The position numbers and the translations under genes were made by a program. DNA of 64,000 nt from Guillardia theta CCMP2712 (lineage: Eukaryota > Protista > Cryptophyta): the NCBI RefSeq assembly GCF_000315625.1, contig NW_005434654.1:66273-130272 (forward strand), given 5' to 3'. The notes under the pieces are model-generated. The model was given only the letters and a program-made list of their open reading frames with translations. It was not told where the DNA came from and made no database searches. Every line of letters begins with the position of its first letter. Position 1 is the first letter of the stretch. Positions 11,611 to 23,898 of the stretch are shown one piece after another.

Positions 11611-12983
11611 ATTCCTCTGCTCCAGCATGTCGCTCCGCTCCCGGAGTCTCTCGACTGGCATTTCCGAGGGAACTCGTTTCTTTTTTTTTCAGGAGGTGCG
11701 TGACCCATGTGCCTGAGATCGCAACCCCGCGTGACTGAAAGGAGAAGAGGCCACCTAAAACTGTTTTATTTGTACCAGTCTTTACAAAGTCCAGGAAATA
11801 CCTACTGCGTTAAAACCCCGTGACCTTGAGATTCATAGGGCGGAAGGTTTTTCTTTCTTTCTTTTTTTTTGTCGAGGGCAGATTGTTTCTGAGGTTTCAA
11901 AAGGTGGAAGATGGGGTGGGGAGTGAAAGGGGTGGGGGTACATATGATTAGGGTTTTGAGGTAATGAAGAGGGTACAAGCATTATTAATAAAAGTTCCAG
12001 GGGGGGTGAAGTTGATCAGCAAGGGGGTGCTGGGGGGAGGGGACCATAAATAAACATGTTACAGGTATCGTGTGATCGCTGACAAAGATATGAACGAGGT
12101 CGACTCGTGACCGAATGAAATCGAGACCTTCAGCACTTTTTCAGTGCGTGTAAGTTCCAAAGGATGCGAATTGCATATATCCCAAGATAACAACATTTTT
12201 ATGTATGGCCCTTTAAATACTTTTTGAGAGCATGCTCGTGACCGCTTTTACTATTTGGTAAAGCGTACACTGCGGATTGAAGAGCCCAGGGTAGGGTGGA
12301 TGGAAGGGGTAGGGGAGAAAATGCTGGCCCTGTTTATAGGGAACAGCACTAGAAGGGAGGGGTGGTCTGGTACTGGCGAAAAGGGCAGATGCCTGCCTTT
12401 TAGTCCAATGAAAGGGTGGTTAGAGAGATGTTGAGGGAGGGGTGGGATACGCAGTGACTGCCTGGAATAATTGTGGTGGGTAGTAATGAAACTGCTAGTT
12501 TGACGGTGGCACGGTCAGTAAAGGGAGACCTTCTCGGAGAACAGGCTGAAACTGCTAGTATTGGATTTATAAAAGATTTTTGGGGAGACGGGTCGCAGCG
12601 AGGGGTCGCTTCATGTGAAAGTCACGAGGGATTTTTAAAATTTGGGTTTTTACCATTTAAAAGCACAGAAATAAAGATTTTAAAGGATGATTGAGATTTT
12701 AAAGGGTGCCGTATCTGTTTAAAACATTTGTTCAATTATATGAAAAGCTCCTTTTTCGACTTCCACCTCGATCCGGCCGCGGACCTCAAGTGGAAGGCGC
12801 ACGATGGTATAGATAATGAAGAAGACAATTGCGGCGACTGGAAGGGTGCGAGAATACAAAGAATGCTTCGTTGGAATGCAGCGATGCGGCAATGCTTAGT
12901 TGATGCGCATTGAACAGCAAGTTTCAAACAACTCGCCTTGACTTTGTGTCTCCAAGAGCAAGGAGTCCTCGAAAGATTTCGAG

Positions 12984-14984
12984 ATGTCGGGACACCAGGA
13001 TTCTAAAACCCCGCATCTCCCTCAAGAAATAGTCAAGAATATCAGCAGTGGGCTGTCGGCAAACGCGCTTCTAGCCCTTCAAAGGAGTCAAGAGGCGATA
13101 TCCACCCTGTCTGGTATGGAAAAGGCAGCAACAACTGCTCCGATGGCCACCGTACCACCCCAAGTCCCTTCGTTGACGGATATGGGGATCTCGGGTTTGC
13201 TGCAAGCAACACGGTTTCCAAATCTTGCACCACAGAACTTCTTCCTCAACCCGACTGCCCCTCCTCTCCATCCTGTGCAGATCGTTCCCTACCTTGCAAG
13301 CCCTCAGGTGAGCGCGCTGCAGTCCAACCAGCTCTCGGAGCTCCGGCAGCAACAGGAAGATCAAGGGAGGAGACAGATGCTTAACCTCAACTTCGCGCCG
13401 AGCAGCCCGAATGTAATTGAGCAGAGGCTCAGGGACTTCTTTCAACTGCAGATCTCTACTGGAAAGATCAGGGCAGACAATGGAATAATTCTGCTCCAAG
13501 AAAGCTTTCCGGACGGGACAAGGACCTTCTGGAGAGCAATCAAAGAGACAGTTTTTCAGCCGGTCTATGGCGAGAATGTCGGCTATGGTCAGATTCTGCA
13601 GTCGTTGAGACAGAGTCTTAACATCACGTATGAAGGTGAAGGCACAGTGCCGTTCAGTGAGAAAGTCACCGTCCTCAGACCGATCCCGATGGTCAAGCAG
13701 GAGGAAAGGAGCGTCGAAAACCAACATCGTGTTCAATCTATGTCCCATAGTTCATCCCCTGCCCCTACGCGAAGGAAGAGGGGGAGGCCTTCTTTGGAAT
13801 CTCAGAACAAACCCCCTGGATCCTGTTCTCGGCTTCCTCCCAGTCTTGTCTGTCCTCCATGTAAAGTTTTGCACTGGAGATGTGGTGTTCGATGTGTGTT
13901 TTCTGAAGAGAATGGTGAGATGTATGTACCAAGAGACGAGCGCCATGCCCTGGCCAAGTATCTGAAGCGGAAGAAAGATGGAGGACAAGTCATTGGGAAA
14001 AGGGCGATAGCGACTTGGATCGCGAGCATGAGGAGCTCGGCAGCTCGCATGGAGGACTCTGAGGGCAGTCAGGGTAAGGAGAGTGATACGCTTCTGTCTA
14101 GCATTGATGTTGTCGCCCCGAACTCCCTCAAGAAGCAGGCGCTGTACAAGGAAAAGTTTGGGAACATGTTTCGAATCGGTTGTGTCTGTGGGAATGCGGC
14201 GATGAGAAGCATGCTGGAAGAAGTCTCGTCAGGCCTCAAGGAGTCAGAAGCCGTCAGCACTGAGTGCGAGTCAGGGCCCACTGACGGCCATGTTGCTGCA
14301 AGTACCAGCTGGACAGTTCCTTGGCCAGCCGACAAGAAGGTGGATCTACCCGAGGAGAAGTCGACAAGGAAAGAGCTCGAATTTCAGGGAGGGAGAACGG
14401 GTCTACCAGTCTTGAAGTCAGTCCAAGACCTGATAGAGTCTGTCGTCAAGACGATGGGGTTTGCTGGGAAGGAAGCTAGCTGTGCGACAGTTGAGTTCCT
14501 CTCCTTGCAGCGAAGCTCGGGCGACCAAATCATGCTTCACAAGGCAGCCCAGGTGGCTGAGATGACCACGGCCTCGCTGGTCATGCAGGATGCCTGGGTG
14601 ATCGTCGCACCGGCTGAAGCTGCTGCTGAGGAGGAGGAAGGCCGATGGGTCTTGACGAAGCCTGAGCTTGCTATCCGCTTTCGAGTCCGATCGGGGGAAG
14701 TATGGGGGATTTCTTCAGGCATGCAGGAGCAGATGCAGGCAACGAGCTCTTCGACTACCTATTCTCGAGGACATCTTTTCTTTGCTGTAATGCCGCCTTC
14801 AGAGGGAAGAGGGCTAGACTCCGACGATACAGCAAGGTTTGACAAGGATGACGATGACGAAGAAAGCGAAGAGCAGGCAGAGTGGAGCGATCAACAGAAG
14901 TCGTCGAACAACCCGACATCTTGGACAGAGGATCTGCAACGTGCGTGTTACTCTTGCCTTCGGCTTCGTCTGTATGACATGTGA
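12984..14984 (+). CDS. 666-aa putative nuclear protein with an AT-hook and a Cys cluster
   Basis: Long uninterrupted ORF. RRKRGRPS AT-hook/NLS, CPPCKVLHWRCGVRC, Gln/Pro-rich N-terminus. Confidence 0.75.
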   Translation: MSGHQDSKTPHLPQEIVKNISSGLSANALLALQRSQEAISTLSGMEKAATTAPMATVPPQVPSLTDMGISGLLQATRFPNLAPQNFFLNPTAPPLHPVQIVPYLASPQVSALQSNQLSELRQQQEDQGRRQMLNLNFAPSSPNVIEQRLRDFFQLQISTGKIRADNGIILLQESFPDGTRTFWRAIKETVFQPVYGENVGYGQILQSLRQSLNITYEGEGTVPFSEKVTVLRPIPMVKQEERSVENQHRVQSMSHSSSPAPTRRKRGRPSLESQNKPPGSCSRLPPSLVCPPCKVLHWRCGVRCVFSEENGEMYVPRDERHALAKYLKRKKDGGQVIGKRAIATWIASMRSSAARMEDSEGSQGKESDTLLSSIDVVAPNSLKKQALYKEKFGNMFRIGCVCGNAAMRSMLEEVSSGLKESEAVSTECESGPTDGHVAASTSWTVPWPADKKVDLPEEKSTRKELEFQGGRTGLPVLKSVQDLIESVVKTMGFAGKEASCATVEFLSLQRSSGDQIMLHKAAQVAEMTTASLVMQDAWVIVAPAEAAAEEEEGRWVLTKPELAIRFRVRSGEVWGISSGMQEQMQATSSSTTYSRGHLFFAVMPPSEGRGLDSDDTARFDKDDDDEESEEQAEWSDQQKSSNNPTSWTEDLQRACYSCLRLRLYDM

Positions 14985-15209
14985 AAGGGAATTGTTGTAG
15001 TTTAGGATACATCTTGCCCGGTGACTTGTGTAGGCTCAATCGTTCAGCGTTTCTTCAACCAATCTGACGGTCATCTCCTCACCATCTCACAAAGTTCTCT
15101 CAACTCCCAGGCTTAGTCGGAACCAGAAGAAATTCAGTCGTGGTCCGAATCTTCTTATCTCACTGTGTCACTGTGCTTTCACTCTGATGAATTCTTAAAT
15201 ATTCGGCAA

Positions 15210-15740
15210 TAAACTCAGCCTGCCACTGACCGGCTTCACGGCCCCCGACTGACTCGGAGGACGAGTCTCGGAGCCTTTCCGAAGGCTAAGCCTGAGCCCC
15301 GCAGGCTCAGCTTTCAAGTTTTACTCAAAGTTAAGCTTAGCTAACGGTTGCCGCACCGTGCACTGTGACGGTGCCGCAGTGCGGTCCGCCCTTACTGTGC
15401 CCTGGCACGGTGACCGTGCAGCGGCGGCTGACGTCCGATCGGAGTCCGATCGGACGGTCGCGGCCCTCAGGCCCGGTTTGGCAAGTTGATCGGACGGCCC
15501 GGGGGCACCGGGGGGGGCCGCCGGCCGCCGGCCGGCTGCGGGCGGTCCGATCCGATCATCGGATGTTCGGAGCCGCGTGAGCGGCGGCGCGGCGCCAACC
15601 GGGTGATCGGCACGGCCCGGCCCACTGCGGCCCGGGCCGCGGCCGGGTCACCGTCACCGGGACTGGCGGCCGGGTCGGGCCGCGTGCCGCTGTGCCGTCA
15701 ACTGAGTTCCGGCGCCCGACCTAAAGCCGCCCGTGCCCTA
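15210..15740. promoter_or_regulatory. GC-rich island 3 (upstream of EYA gene)
   Basis: TTACTCAAAGTTAAG at 15321; GATCGGACGG twice (about 15448 and 15488); CCGG/GGCC core. Confidence 0.5.
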
Positions 15741-16009
15741 GAAAGGACGGGTGAAATCGTTGACATCAGAGCTAGGGTGGGGTGGGCTGGCTTGGGTGGT
15801 ACAGGAGATTGAGGGGGTGGTGATGAGTCTGATTCGTTCGAGAGAGAGGGGGTACTCACAATTGAGAAGGCAATTGTCTCGGGTACTGAGGGAGGTTGGG
15901 GTAGGGATGAGGGGTAGGGAACTACTTGGCGAGGATGGAGATTCCGCGTGAATGGTTGGAACGAATGGAAGGGTGGAAAGAGCGGAGTAATGCAGGGAGA
16001 AAAGATGCA

Positions 16010-16292
16010 GAAAGAACAGCGAACAGCGAACAGCGAACAGCGAACAGAGAACAGAGAACAGAGAACAGAGAACAGAGAACAGAGAACAGACAGAAGGCAA
16101 CAGGGTACAGGGAACAGGGAACAGGGCACAGGGTGCAGGGTGCAGGGTGCAGGGAACAGGGAACAGAGAACAGGGTGCAGGGTGCAGGGAATCGAGAATA
16201 AAATTGGGAATGGAGAATGGAGAATGGAGAATGGAGAATGGAGAATGGAGAATGGAGAATGGAGAATGGAGAATGGAGAATGGAGAATGGAA
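16010..16292 (+). repeat. Compound 7-bp-period minisatellite (GAACAGC, GAACAGA, GGGTGCA/GGAACAG, GAATGGA)
   Basis: Directly visible. Confidence 0.9.
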
Positions 16293-16879
16293 GATATTTA
16301 ACCCAGCAGATGAGGAAGTGAAGAGAGATGTTTAGATCCCAAGGCGGCGGGAGATCGCAACAAAGAGCAGTTGAAGCCGCAGGCAGGGTTAGAGATTGGC
16401 AGGAAAGGGTGAAAAGCAGCAATGGGGATACACATATAGGGCGATAAAAGAGGGATCCACGAGACTTTTGGAGAAGGGGGCGAGAATAGATAATTCAGGA
16501 ACACCACATCCAAGATAAGGCTAGGGGAAGTAGCACCCAGCACGTTCTCATGGAGACATTACTGTCACTTGGACCACATGGGCACTTGATCCTGATCAAA
16601 CGCAGGGTTGCTCATACGAACTTGCAGGATCGAATCTACTTCTTCACCTTTCATCGAGAGTGAAGGATGTCTGAGGTGAGGATCAAACTGGCATGCTGCG
16701 TTCAATGTACACTCTAACATAGCGGTCACCAACAGAGTAGCGGAAAGAATGACATGTGGAGCAACTATGGTATGGGTCTCACCCCCCAACAAGCTGCCGC
16801 GCTGCATGCACAAGCTGAAGCAGGTCTCCTTGGTTGAGTTTTAGGCGTCCATAATGAGATGCTTTGTGAAAACAGAAAG

Positions 16880-19607
16880 GCTGTATCAAGAACAACAAGC
16901 GAAAGCAGGTTCAATGATATTCTTGACTGGAATGTTTTTCTGAGTTTCTCGACAGCCCATGATCCTACTGTACAAGATGCTACGTGGGCGGCAGCAGCCT
17001 GGGCAGCTACTGCACCCTTGCACCAGGCAAGATGCACCCATGCGATGGCTGTAGCTCAGTTTTGACTATGGAGAAGGTTATTGAGAAGTTAGCTCCACAC
17101 CTTAAGGGATACATCCCCGTATCCTCCGAGCCTTCCATTTACGATGCTCCTGCAATGCAAGGCGCTCAAATGGTATTCCTGCGTTCCCTCTTCGAAATCA
17201 GAGATTTCGATTGCTGTTTCTTTTTGTTTTATCTTTCTGCTGAAATCATCATGAGGGCAACGCCTTTGCGTGAGTCTTGTGCAAAGATGGATGAGTTAAT
17301 TTTGCTTTGATCAATGCTATGTGACCTGCAGGCCTACAAACCTGGAGACCCAGTTTCGGTCCCGGGGCATCCGGATGGAACTTATAGCTTTGGTATGCCA
17401 TTTGCCGGTGTGCTCTCACTCCATTTTTGATTTCGTGTTACATAGGGGGTTGGTACGGCCAACATCAATACTACATCGAGAACTCGACTGGCCTTACTGT
17501 GTGGGCATCTCAGTTCAACCAGGTATTCTCCCCGTTCAGCAACACGCAGATCTCTGTGCTGATCGTGACGTGTAGGGGGTTGCAAGGTCCACGCCCAGGG
17601 CTCCGGCAGCGAACCCCAAGATGATTGGAGCAGCCATCGCAGCAGCTGCCACCCAGGTTTGTTAGTTCCCATACCCCTACGTGTTGATGTCTTGTGCCAT
17701 GACGTGTTCAAAATGTGCGCGGTTCTCGGATGCTCTCCGGGGATTCCGCTACAGGTTATTGTTGTCTTGTTTTCAAAACATGGTCCAATGCTGCAGAAGG
17801 ACGTTTGTAAGAGAGTGTCGATGAAGGGTACTGAGTTGAGGTTTCCTGACATCTTCCCCTAACAGAGAATTATGAAGTCTGGGCCTGCTCCCACTCCAAC
17901 TTGGACTCAGCCGGAGTATCAAGAGCCACCGAGCTATCAGACCATAAGCGCTGTTCCACCAGCTGCTGTTCCACCCGCTGCTGGTCTCTGTGGATGTGAC
18001 ACGATCGAAGCGTTTGCTCACTGCTAGATTCTAGTTTATACTCCCGTACCTTCTGCTCCGGCCGATTTCTCCAACTTTAAAGTTGGAGATCCCGTTTCTA
18101 TTCCTGGTTATCCCGATGGCACCTTCACTTTCGGTGTGTGTTTCGTCCTCTTTGTTGTCATCTGTGACATGGCGAAAGGTGGATTTAGTGGAGAATACGC
18201 GTATTACATCAATACCACAAGTCAACAGTCAGTATGGGCGTCGCAGCTTCCTCCACCGCTCAAGGTTGCCATGCTGCCACTTTTACCCTGACAACGGGCT
18301 GTGAGATTCTTTTCTTTCGTCTCTAGGATGAGGAAACAGAGGAGCCGCCGATTCAAGAAACTCCAGCGAAAAGGCAGAAAATCGAATCAGTGAGTTGAGT
18401 CCTGAAAGCGCCTGAGAATGAATATCTAACTCCTGTTCGTTTCCAGACTGCTACGGATTCGAACGAAGACGGCCAGTCGAATATCCGTGTTTCTACAGTG
18501 CTTATCTGGGATTTGGACGAAACGTTGATCATTTTCAACTCGCTTCTCACTGGTTCTTTCATGCACAACAAAGAGGGCCTGTCAGCCGAAACCAGCAAAG
18601 CATTGTCAGGCCTTGCTGGCAAGCTTGAATCCCTGGTCTATCAAGTTGCTGAAGATAAACTGTTCTTCAAGTCGCTGGAAGGGAGAAATCGTTGGAACTT
18701 TGAAGCAGCTCTTTCTCACGATGATGGCCGAGACCTGACTAATTATGACTTCGACAACGATGGGCTACAAGGATTGCCTGGTGACAGCTCGAGCCAAAGG
18801 AAAGAGACTGCTGGCGACATGGTGAAGGCCTCGCTGAGGTACAGGCTTGTGCTTCAGAAGTATAAGCAAGCAAAGACTGGGGTGGATGGCTTGAAGAACG
18901 TGCTGGGAGACTCCGAGCTCTCGGGGGCAGAGGCTGCGATTGACGCCGTGAATTCGCTGACCGACAACTGGATGGCGACGGCAGAGGAACTGCTAGCCAA
19001 GATCTGGCAGTACGACACGTTGATCGAGCAGCTGTGCAAACGTGTTCCTCCGAATGCCGTGCCCGAGACAGAACCTGGAATGAAGTTCGTCAGGAAGAGC
19101 GGGGAAACCAACGCGTCCGAGGCTGAAACCATGAAGACGAACATCAATGTGACTGTTCGGTTGCAAACTCATCTGGAAACTGAGATGCGATCTTTCAGGT
19201 CTTGGTTACGAATGGAGAGCTGGTCCCGACCGTCGTGAAGCTCATGTTGTTTGGGTTGCACAGGTTTGAATTACTATGAGCCTCTTCGGTGTGATTGCCT
19301 TCCAGGCATTTTCATCCTTCCTGCATCTACTCCTCGCGAGAGGTCGGCAAACAGACGTGCTTCGCAGAGGTATGTGCTCATGGATGTCACTCAATGCCTC
19401 ACTTGTTGTCCCCAGATTCTCAGGAGATTTTCGAACGCTCGTGAAATTGTGGCAATTGGAGATTCACAGGTCCATTGAGTGGTGGGATCTGATCGAAAAC
19501 TGATGTGGGTGCAGGAGGAGGAGATTGCGGCAAAGAGCCTGGATTTCAGTTTTCTCAAGGTGTCAGACCCCAGCGACTTTAGAACAGTACAGGCTTTCTT
19601 GCAGTGA
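16880..19607 (+). CDS. EYA: Eyes absent (EYA)-family HAD tyrosine phosphatase, multi-exon; 5' end uncertain
   Basis: EYA domain motif I VLIWDLDETLIIFNSLLTGSF, DDGRDLTNYDFDNDG, VLVTNGELVPTVVKLMLFGL, IYSSREVGK, IVAIGDSQEEEIAAK. TGA at 19605-19607. Confidence 0.85.
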
Positions 19608-19894
19608 TGAGTAAATGCGTCATATTTCATGTAGAACAAATGGACCATCAGTTCGTTCATGTTGCGTTGAATGTTTGACACAATGCCTCTTCACATCCAT
19701 CAAATAAGACTGTTCTTATCTCGTATGTACAGAGAAATCTGTCCAAGTGTGTCATATTTTCAGTGGGCTCTGATCAGAGCATCGTCGTGTTGTGTGTTGT
19801 ACCCAATGACCGTCACTGACCGACACCGAAGCACATCAGAAATAATGTTTTATTGATTTCGTGAGCTTAATTGTACAATTTCCATGCGTCTGAT

Positions 19895-20299
19895 TTAGCA
19901 CTCGGACTCGCTCTTGGAGACGGCAACAACCTGGACGGGAGAACCACCCCAGCGGGTGCCGACGGGGACCTTGAGCTGTTCGCACATCCAGGAGGTGAGC
20001 TCCATTCCGTCACGGCTCTGCTCAGCAGGGACGGGTTGCTGTGATAGAACAAGACGTCAACAAGAGCGTCAAGATGCAGAAAGCATGAGAAAACTTACGC
20101 TGAGGCGACCAATGGGCTGGTCAAGGGGGAGGTGCTGCCAGGGGTACACGGGCTGGGTAGCCTGGGTGGTTCCAACGGGAAGACCCTGGCCGTAGTAGGA
20201 GCCGGTGGCAGACGGGTTCATCATGCTGATAGTTCCGAACTGCTGGGCGCCGGGGAGGCCGGTGGTGGAGGGCATGGACTGAACGGCAGGAGAGGGCAT
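19895..20299 (-). CDS. Small two-exon hypothetical protein (about 114 aa)
   Basis: MPSPAVQSM...DQPIGRLS, then a GTAAG..CAG intron, then QPVPAEQSRDGMELTSWMCEQLKVPVGTRWGG...SESEC*. The splice is in frame and codon usage is GC3-rich. Confidence 0.65.
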
Positions 20300-21049
20300 G
20301 GCGACTTCCCGTCGTCTTCCGCGTGGGGCGTTATATATCCCGTCCACCCCCTGACCCTACCCCCTGGATCTAAAGACGTTGACTACCCTCTTTTTACCTC
20401 AGAATCACCCCCTCTTCTTACCTACCGAGTTCCTCAGGGTGGTAGCAGCACCCCTCAAAACTACACGAGCAGCCTGTACCCTCCGCCGTGGGGTTCTTCC
20501 AGGATCCTTCACCCCTCTATCCCCACAGATTTGGGAGGAAATTTCGGGGTGGGGTACTCATCTTGCATCAGTGATCCCTTGCAGCGTCAACCGAGGGTCA
20601 CCACCCCACCTCCTTATTACCCATTTAAAGGTGTAAGGAGGGTACCGGATACTCACGAGAAGTACCCACCCCTCCAAATCACCGGACAGTTACATAACTC
20701 ACCTATCGACCCACCCACCCCCCTCAGCCTCACCAATGGAGGTCGGTCATCATCGGCGGCGATCGGATCAGGTTCGATCACCCACCCCCACCCCTCCCAC
20801 CTCCCAAGGCTGCCGATCGTTCGATAGAAGCTGTTCACCGCCGTGGGTGGGTACCTACTCGAGTCAGTGACTACCGGTACCCGACAGAGCACTGTGCCCT
20901 GCCGCGTACCCCCTCCCTAGAGCCTCCGCAGCTGCCCCAACGTATTTTTTCTAGATCCGTACCAGCACCCCCCCTCGTCCGAATTGATTCGGATCAAACC
21001 TGAGGTTCCGGCGATGATTGCCGTAGGTAGGACGGGGTCCTGTTACCCT

Positions 21050-21900
21050 CGGACTAGATTCAAATCGATTTGAACTTCCCAGTCGTGGTGAAATGACCGT
21101 TACGACTCGAGTTGGCCAGACCCCCGAGGAGTCTGGAGGGGTACTACTTTGGCAAAGCCTTGTGGCTAGTGCACCGTCACCCCTGAGTGTCAGCCTGAGG
21201 CCACTGAGGGCCCGGCCCCGGCGCGCGGCCCGGGGCCCGCCGCCCGCCGGGCCCGGGTCAGTGGGCCACCGGGGGCCGACGGCCGCCCCCGGCCGCCCGG
21301 CCGGTGGCAGTGGCCCGGCCGCGACTCGACCCGGCTGAGGCTCCGCCTGACGGAATACAAGTTTGTTAGACTTCAGGCTTGTACTAGTCCAAAGTCACGC
21401 AGATATCACATCGACGGCCTTAGTTGTAACAAGTGACGTTTTGCTCAAGACCGAATTGAATCACGCGGCACACAAAACCAGAATTGAGGAGCATATGAGA
21501 GATAGACTGAATGCTAGGATGTGGCTTGGTTTACAGGAGAGTTCAGTTTTTCAAGTTAACTCGGGGCTATCTGACTGGCACGGCTGGCATACGATTCATC
21601 GGCGAGGCTCAGCCGCTGCCATCGAGACTCGGGCCATCAATCATGATCAGAGGCTACCGGGTGACTCCGTCCGACGGTCTCTGGCCCGCCCGGCCCTGCG
21701 CGGCCCGAAGTGACTTCAACGTGACTCGAACCGTTGAACTGGCAGGCTGTGAGATCGGACGGACCGCCGGGCCCGGCCCCCTGCCGGCGGGCGCCGTACC
21801 AATCACTGCAGTACTGTACTCCGACAAACTTGTTTGTGGCAGCCTGTACTAAGCTTTACTCAAAGTTAAGTTAAAAACGTACTAGTCTGCCCGGTTCCCG
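21050..21900. promoter_or_regulatory. GC-rich island 4 (between divergent small gene and LCIB-ANK gene)
   Basis: TTTACTCAAAGTTAAG at 21855; GATCGGACGG at 21753; CCGG/GGCC cores. Confidence 0.5.
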
Positions 21901-22232
21901 GCGTTCACACTGTCCCCCACCGTCACAGGCAGATGGGGAATGGCCCACCCTAGTCTATGGCTGGAGGGGTAGATATATGGTCTTTGAGGGGTAGGGGTGG
22001 GCGACTTCTCTCCCCCGATAGGGCTTCTCTCCCCCGACAGTACATCTCCTCGTTCCCTCCACTCCCTCCTCCCCCACTCCCTCCCTTCATAAAGCAACCA
22101 GCGCTCTCCTGCTCCGACCTACCTCTGCGTATCCTTGTCCACAAGCTCGTTGTTGAACCCTTTCTATACCTATCCCTGTGCCCCACCTCACCAGCTTCTG
22201 CTCGCATACAAGGCTCTTGCTCTATCCTTACC

Positions 22233-23898
22233 ATGTCGACTGAGCAAGCTGCGATAGCCAGCAGCTTCAACAAATATCTTGAAATCCTCGAAGAGAACTT
22301 CCCCAGGTAACCTCCATGCTCTCTTTTCAGCCTACATGCTTGCGAACGATTTCCGATGTCTCTGACACACTTTCTCCGTCTGCAGAGCTGTGCCAGAGAA
22401 TGTCTTCATTGATCATGCCAACAAGGTGCTCAACAAACATGGCTTCACCTCCAAGACCTCCATCAACCTCGTCAGTCACTGCCGAGATGAGCTCTGTAGA
22501 CCCTTCACTGAGGCCATCGATTCCAGCTGGGAGAAGCCGAGCTTCAACATCGCCTCTCTGGCAGGCATGGTGTACTGCGGACGGACTGGCTTCAAGTCTG
22601 CCATGGCACACGCCCCGATCATAGACGGGAAGGAACGCTACGTCATCTGGGTAGCGTCCCATGTAGCTTTGGGGGAGGGGGAGCCTGGCATGGTCTACCG
22701 TCCTGGGCGGGAACACGCATCTGCAGCATGCGGAGCGCTGCTTGCCGCCCTGAGAGAGATTCAGTCAGGAAAGCTCAACGTACAGCTCGATCCTACCGAC
22801 CTTGAGATGTCTCTGCTGAAGCAGGAGCTCGTGGGCTACTTGCGGTATGGGCAGGTGCCGACGCTGGTGGAGCTGACGTATGCGGCACATGAGTGCATCC
22901 TGGCCGATGTGCAACGAACGGCCCAGCAGTCGGTGGACCGAGAGGCATGCGAGTACATCATCATCTCGGGGATACAGGTACATGGCGCTCATGAGAGCAA
23001 CTTCTTCTGGCCAGGAACCTTCGTCAAGTACACGCCATCGGGGACGGAGGACCTTTACGAGGAGTACGCGGCGTCGGTTACGGACTGGACCATCAGCGAC
23101 TGGGTGGATATGGAGTCTCTTGCTCTGCTGCAGAAGAAGGAGAGGGAGGCGAGGCTTGCTGTGAAGAGAGGCAATCTGAAGAGGTTGAGGAAAATGTCGC
23201 TTTCCCTCTCCAAGATCCGCGACAACATGCGACGGTCGTTGCTGCATGTCGCCGCCATGCACGGGAAGACGGAGATTGCCGAGTATCTCATCAAGTCGGT
23301 TGAGGACGGAGCGAGTCTGATCAGCCTGCAAGACAACCAGCACCTGACTCCGATGGACTATGCCGTGCAGTACGAGCATGACGAGATCGCAGAGCTGTTG
23401 ATAGAGCAAGGAGGAGGGCTGGAGGGGGAGTGGCTAGAGGAGGAGCTTGTCAAGGCTGTCTCCAAGTGTGACCTCACTCACCTCAGCAGGCTCATGTGGT
23501 ACGCTAAGGATATCCCGACGGCGATCAAGTCGAAGAACAAGGACGGCGAGTCGCTCGTGCACATCTGTGCAAACTCACGCGACACCAAGAGAGCGGACAT
23601 GCTACAGCTGCTCCTGTCCTTCGGAGCAGACGCAAACATCGTCGACTTCTACGGCAACAACGCCGTGCTGGCCATCCAGGAGAGGCAGGACACGGAGCTC
23701 CTGGATGTTCTTGATAGCCCTCAAGTAACTCTGGACTTGTCCTTGGCGAGTGCGGAGCTGCAGGTAGGAGCTCTTGCGCAGTCGACGATGCCGGAGACTC
23801 GTGCTAAGCTGCTCGGCATTTCTGTGCCCTCCTCTCCTGAATTAATGCCTTCATGCAACCGGCCAGGCTGTGGGCCCGCGGAAAGCATCGTCGAGTAG
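22233..23898 (+). CDS. LCIB/LCIC-family (theta-type carbonic anhydrase) domain fused to ankyrin repeats
   Basis: Exon 1 22233-22306, intron 22307-22385, exon 2 from 22386. LCIB motifs: SINLVSHCRDE, FNIASLAG..CGRTGFKSAMAHAP, VASHVAL..GMVYRPGRE..SAACGAL, GIQVHG. Ankyrin motifs: RSLLHVAAMHGKTEIAEYLI, TPMDYAVQYEHDEIAELLIEQGG, GESLVHICA, LLLSFGADANIVDFYGNNA. Confidence 0.85.
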
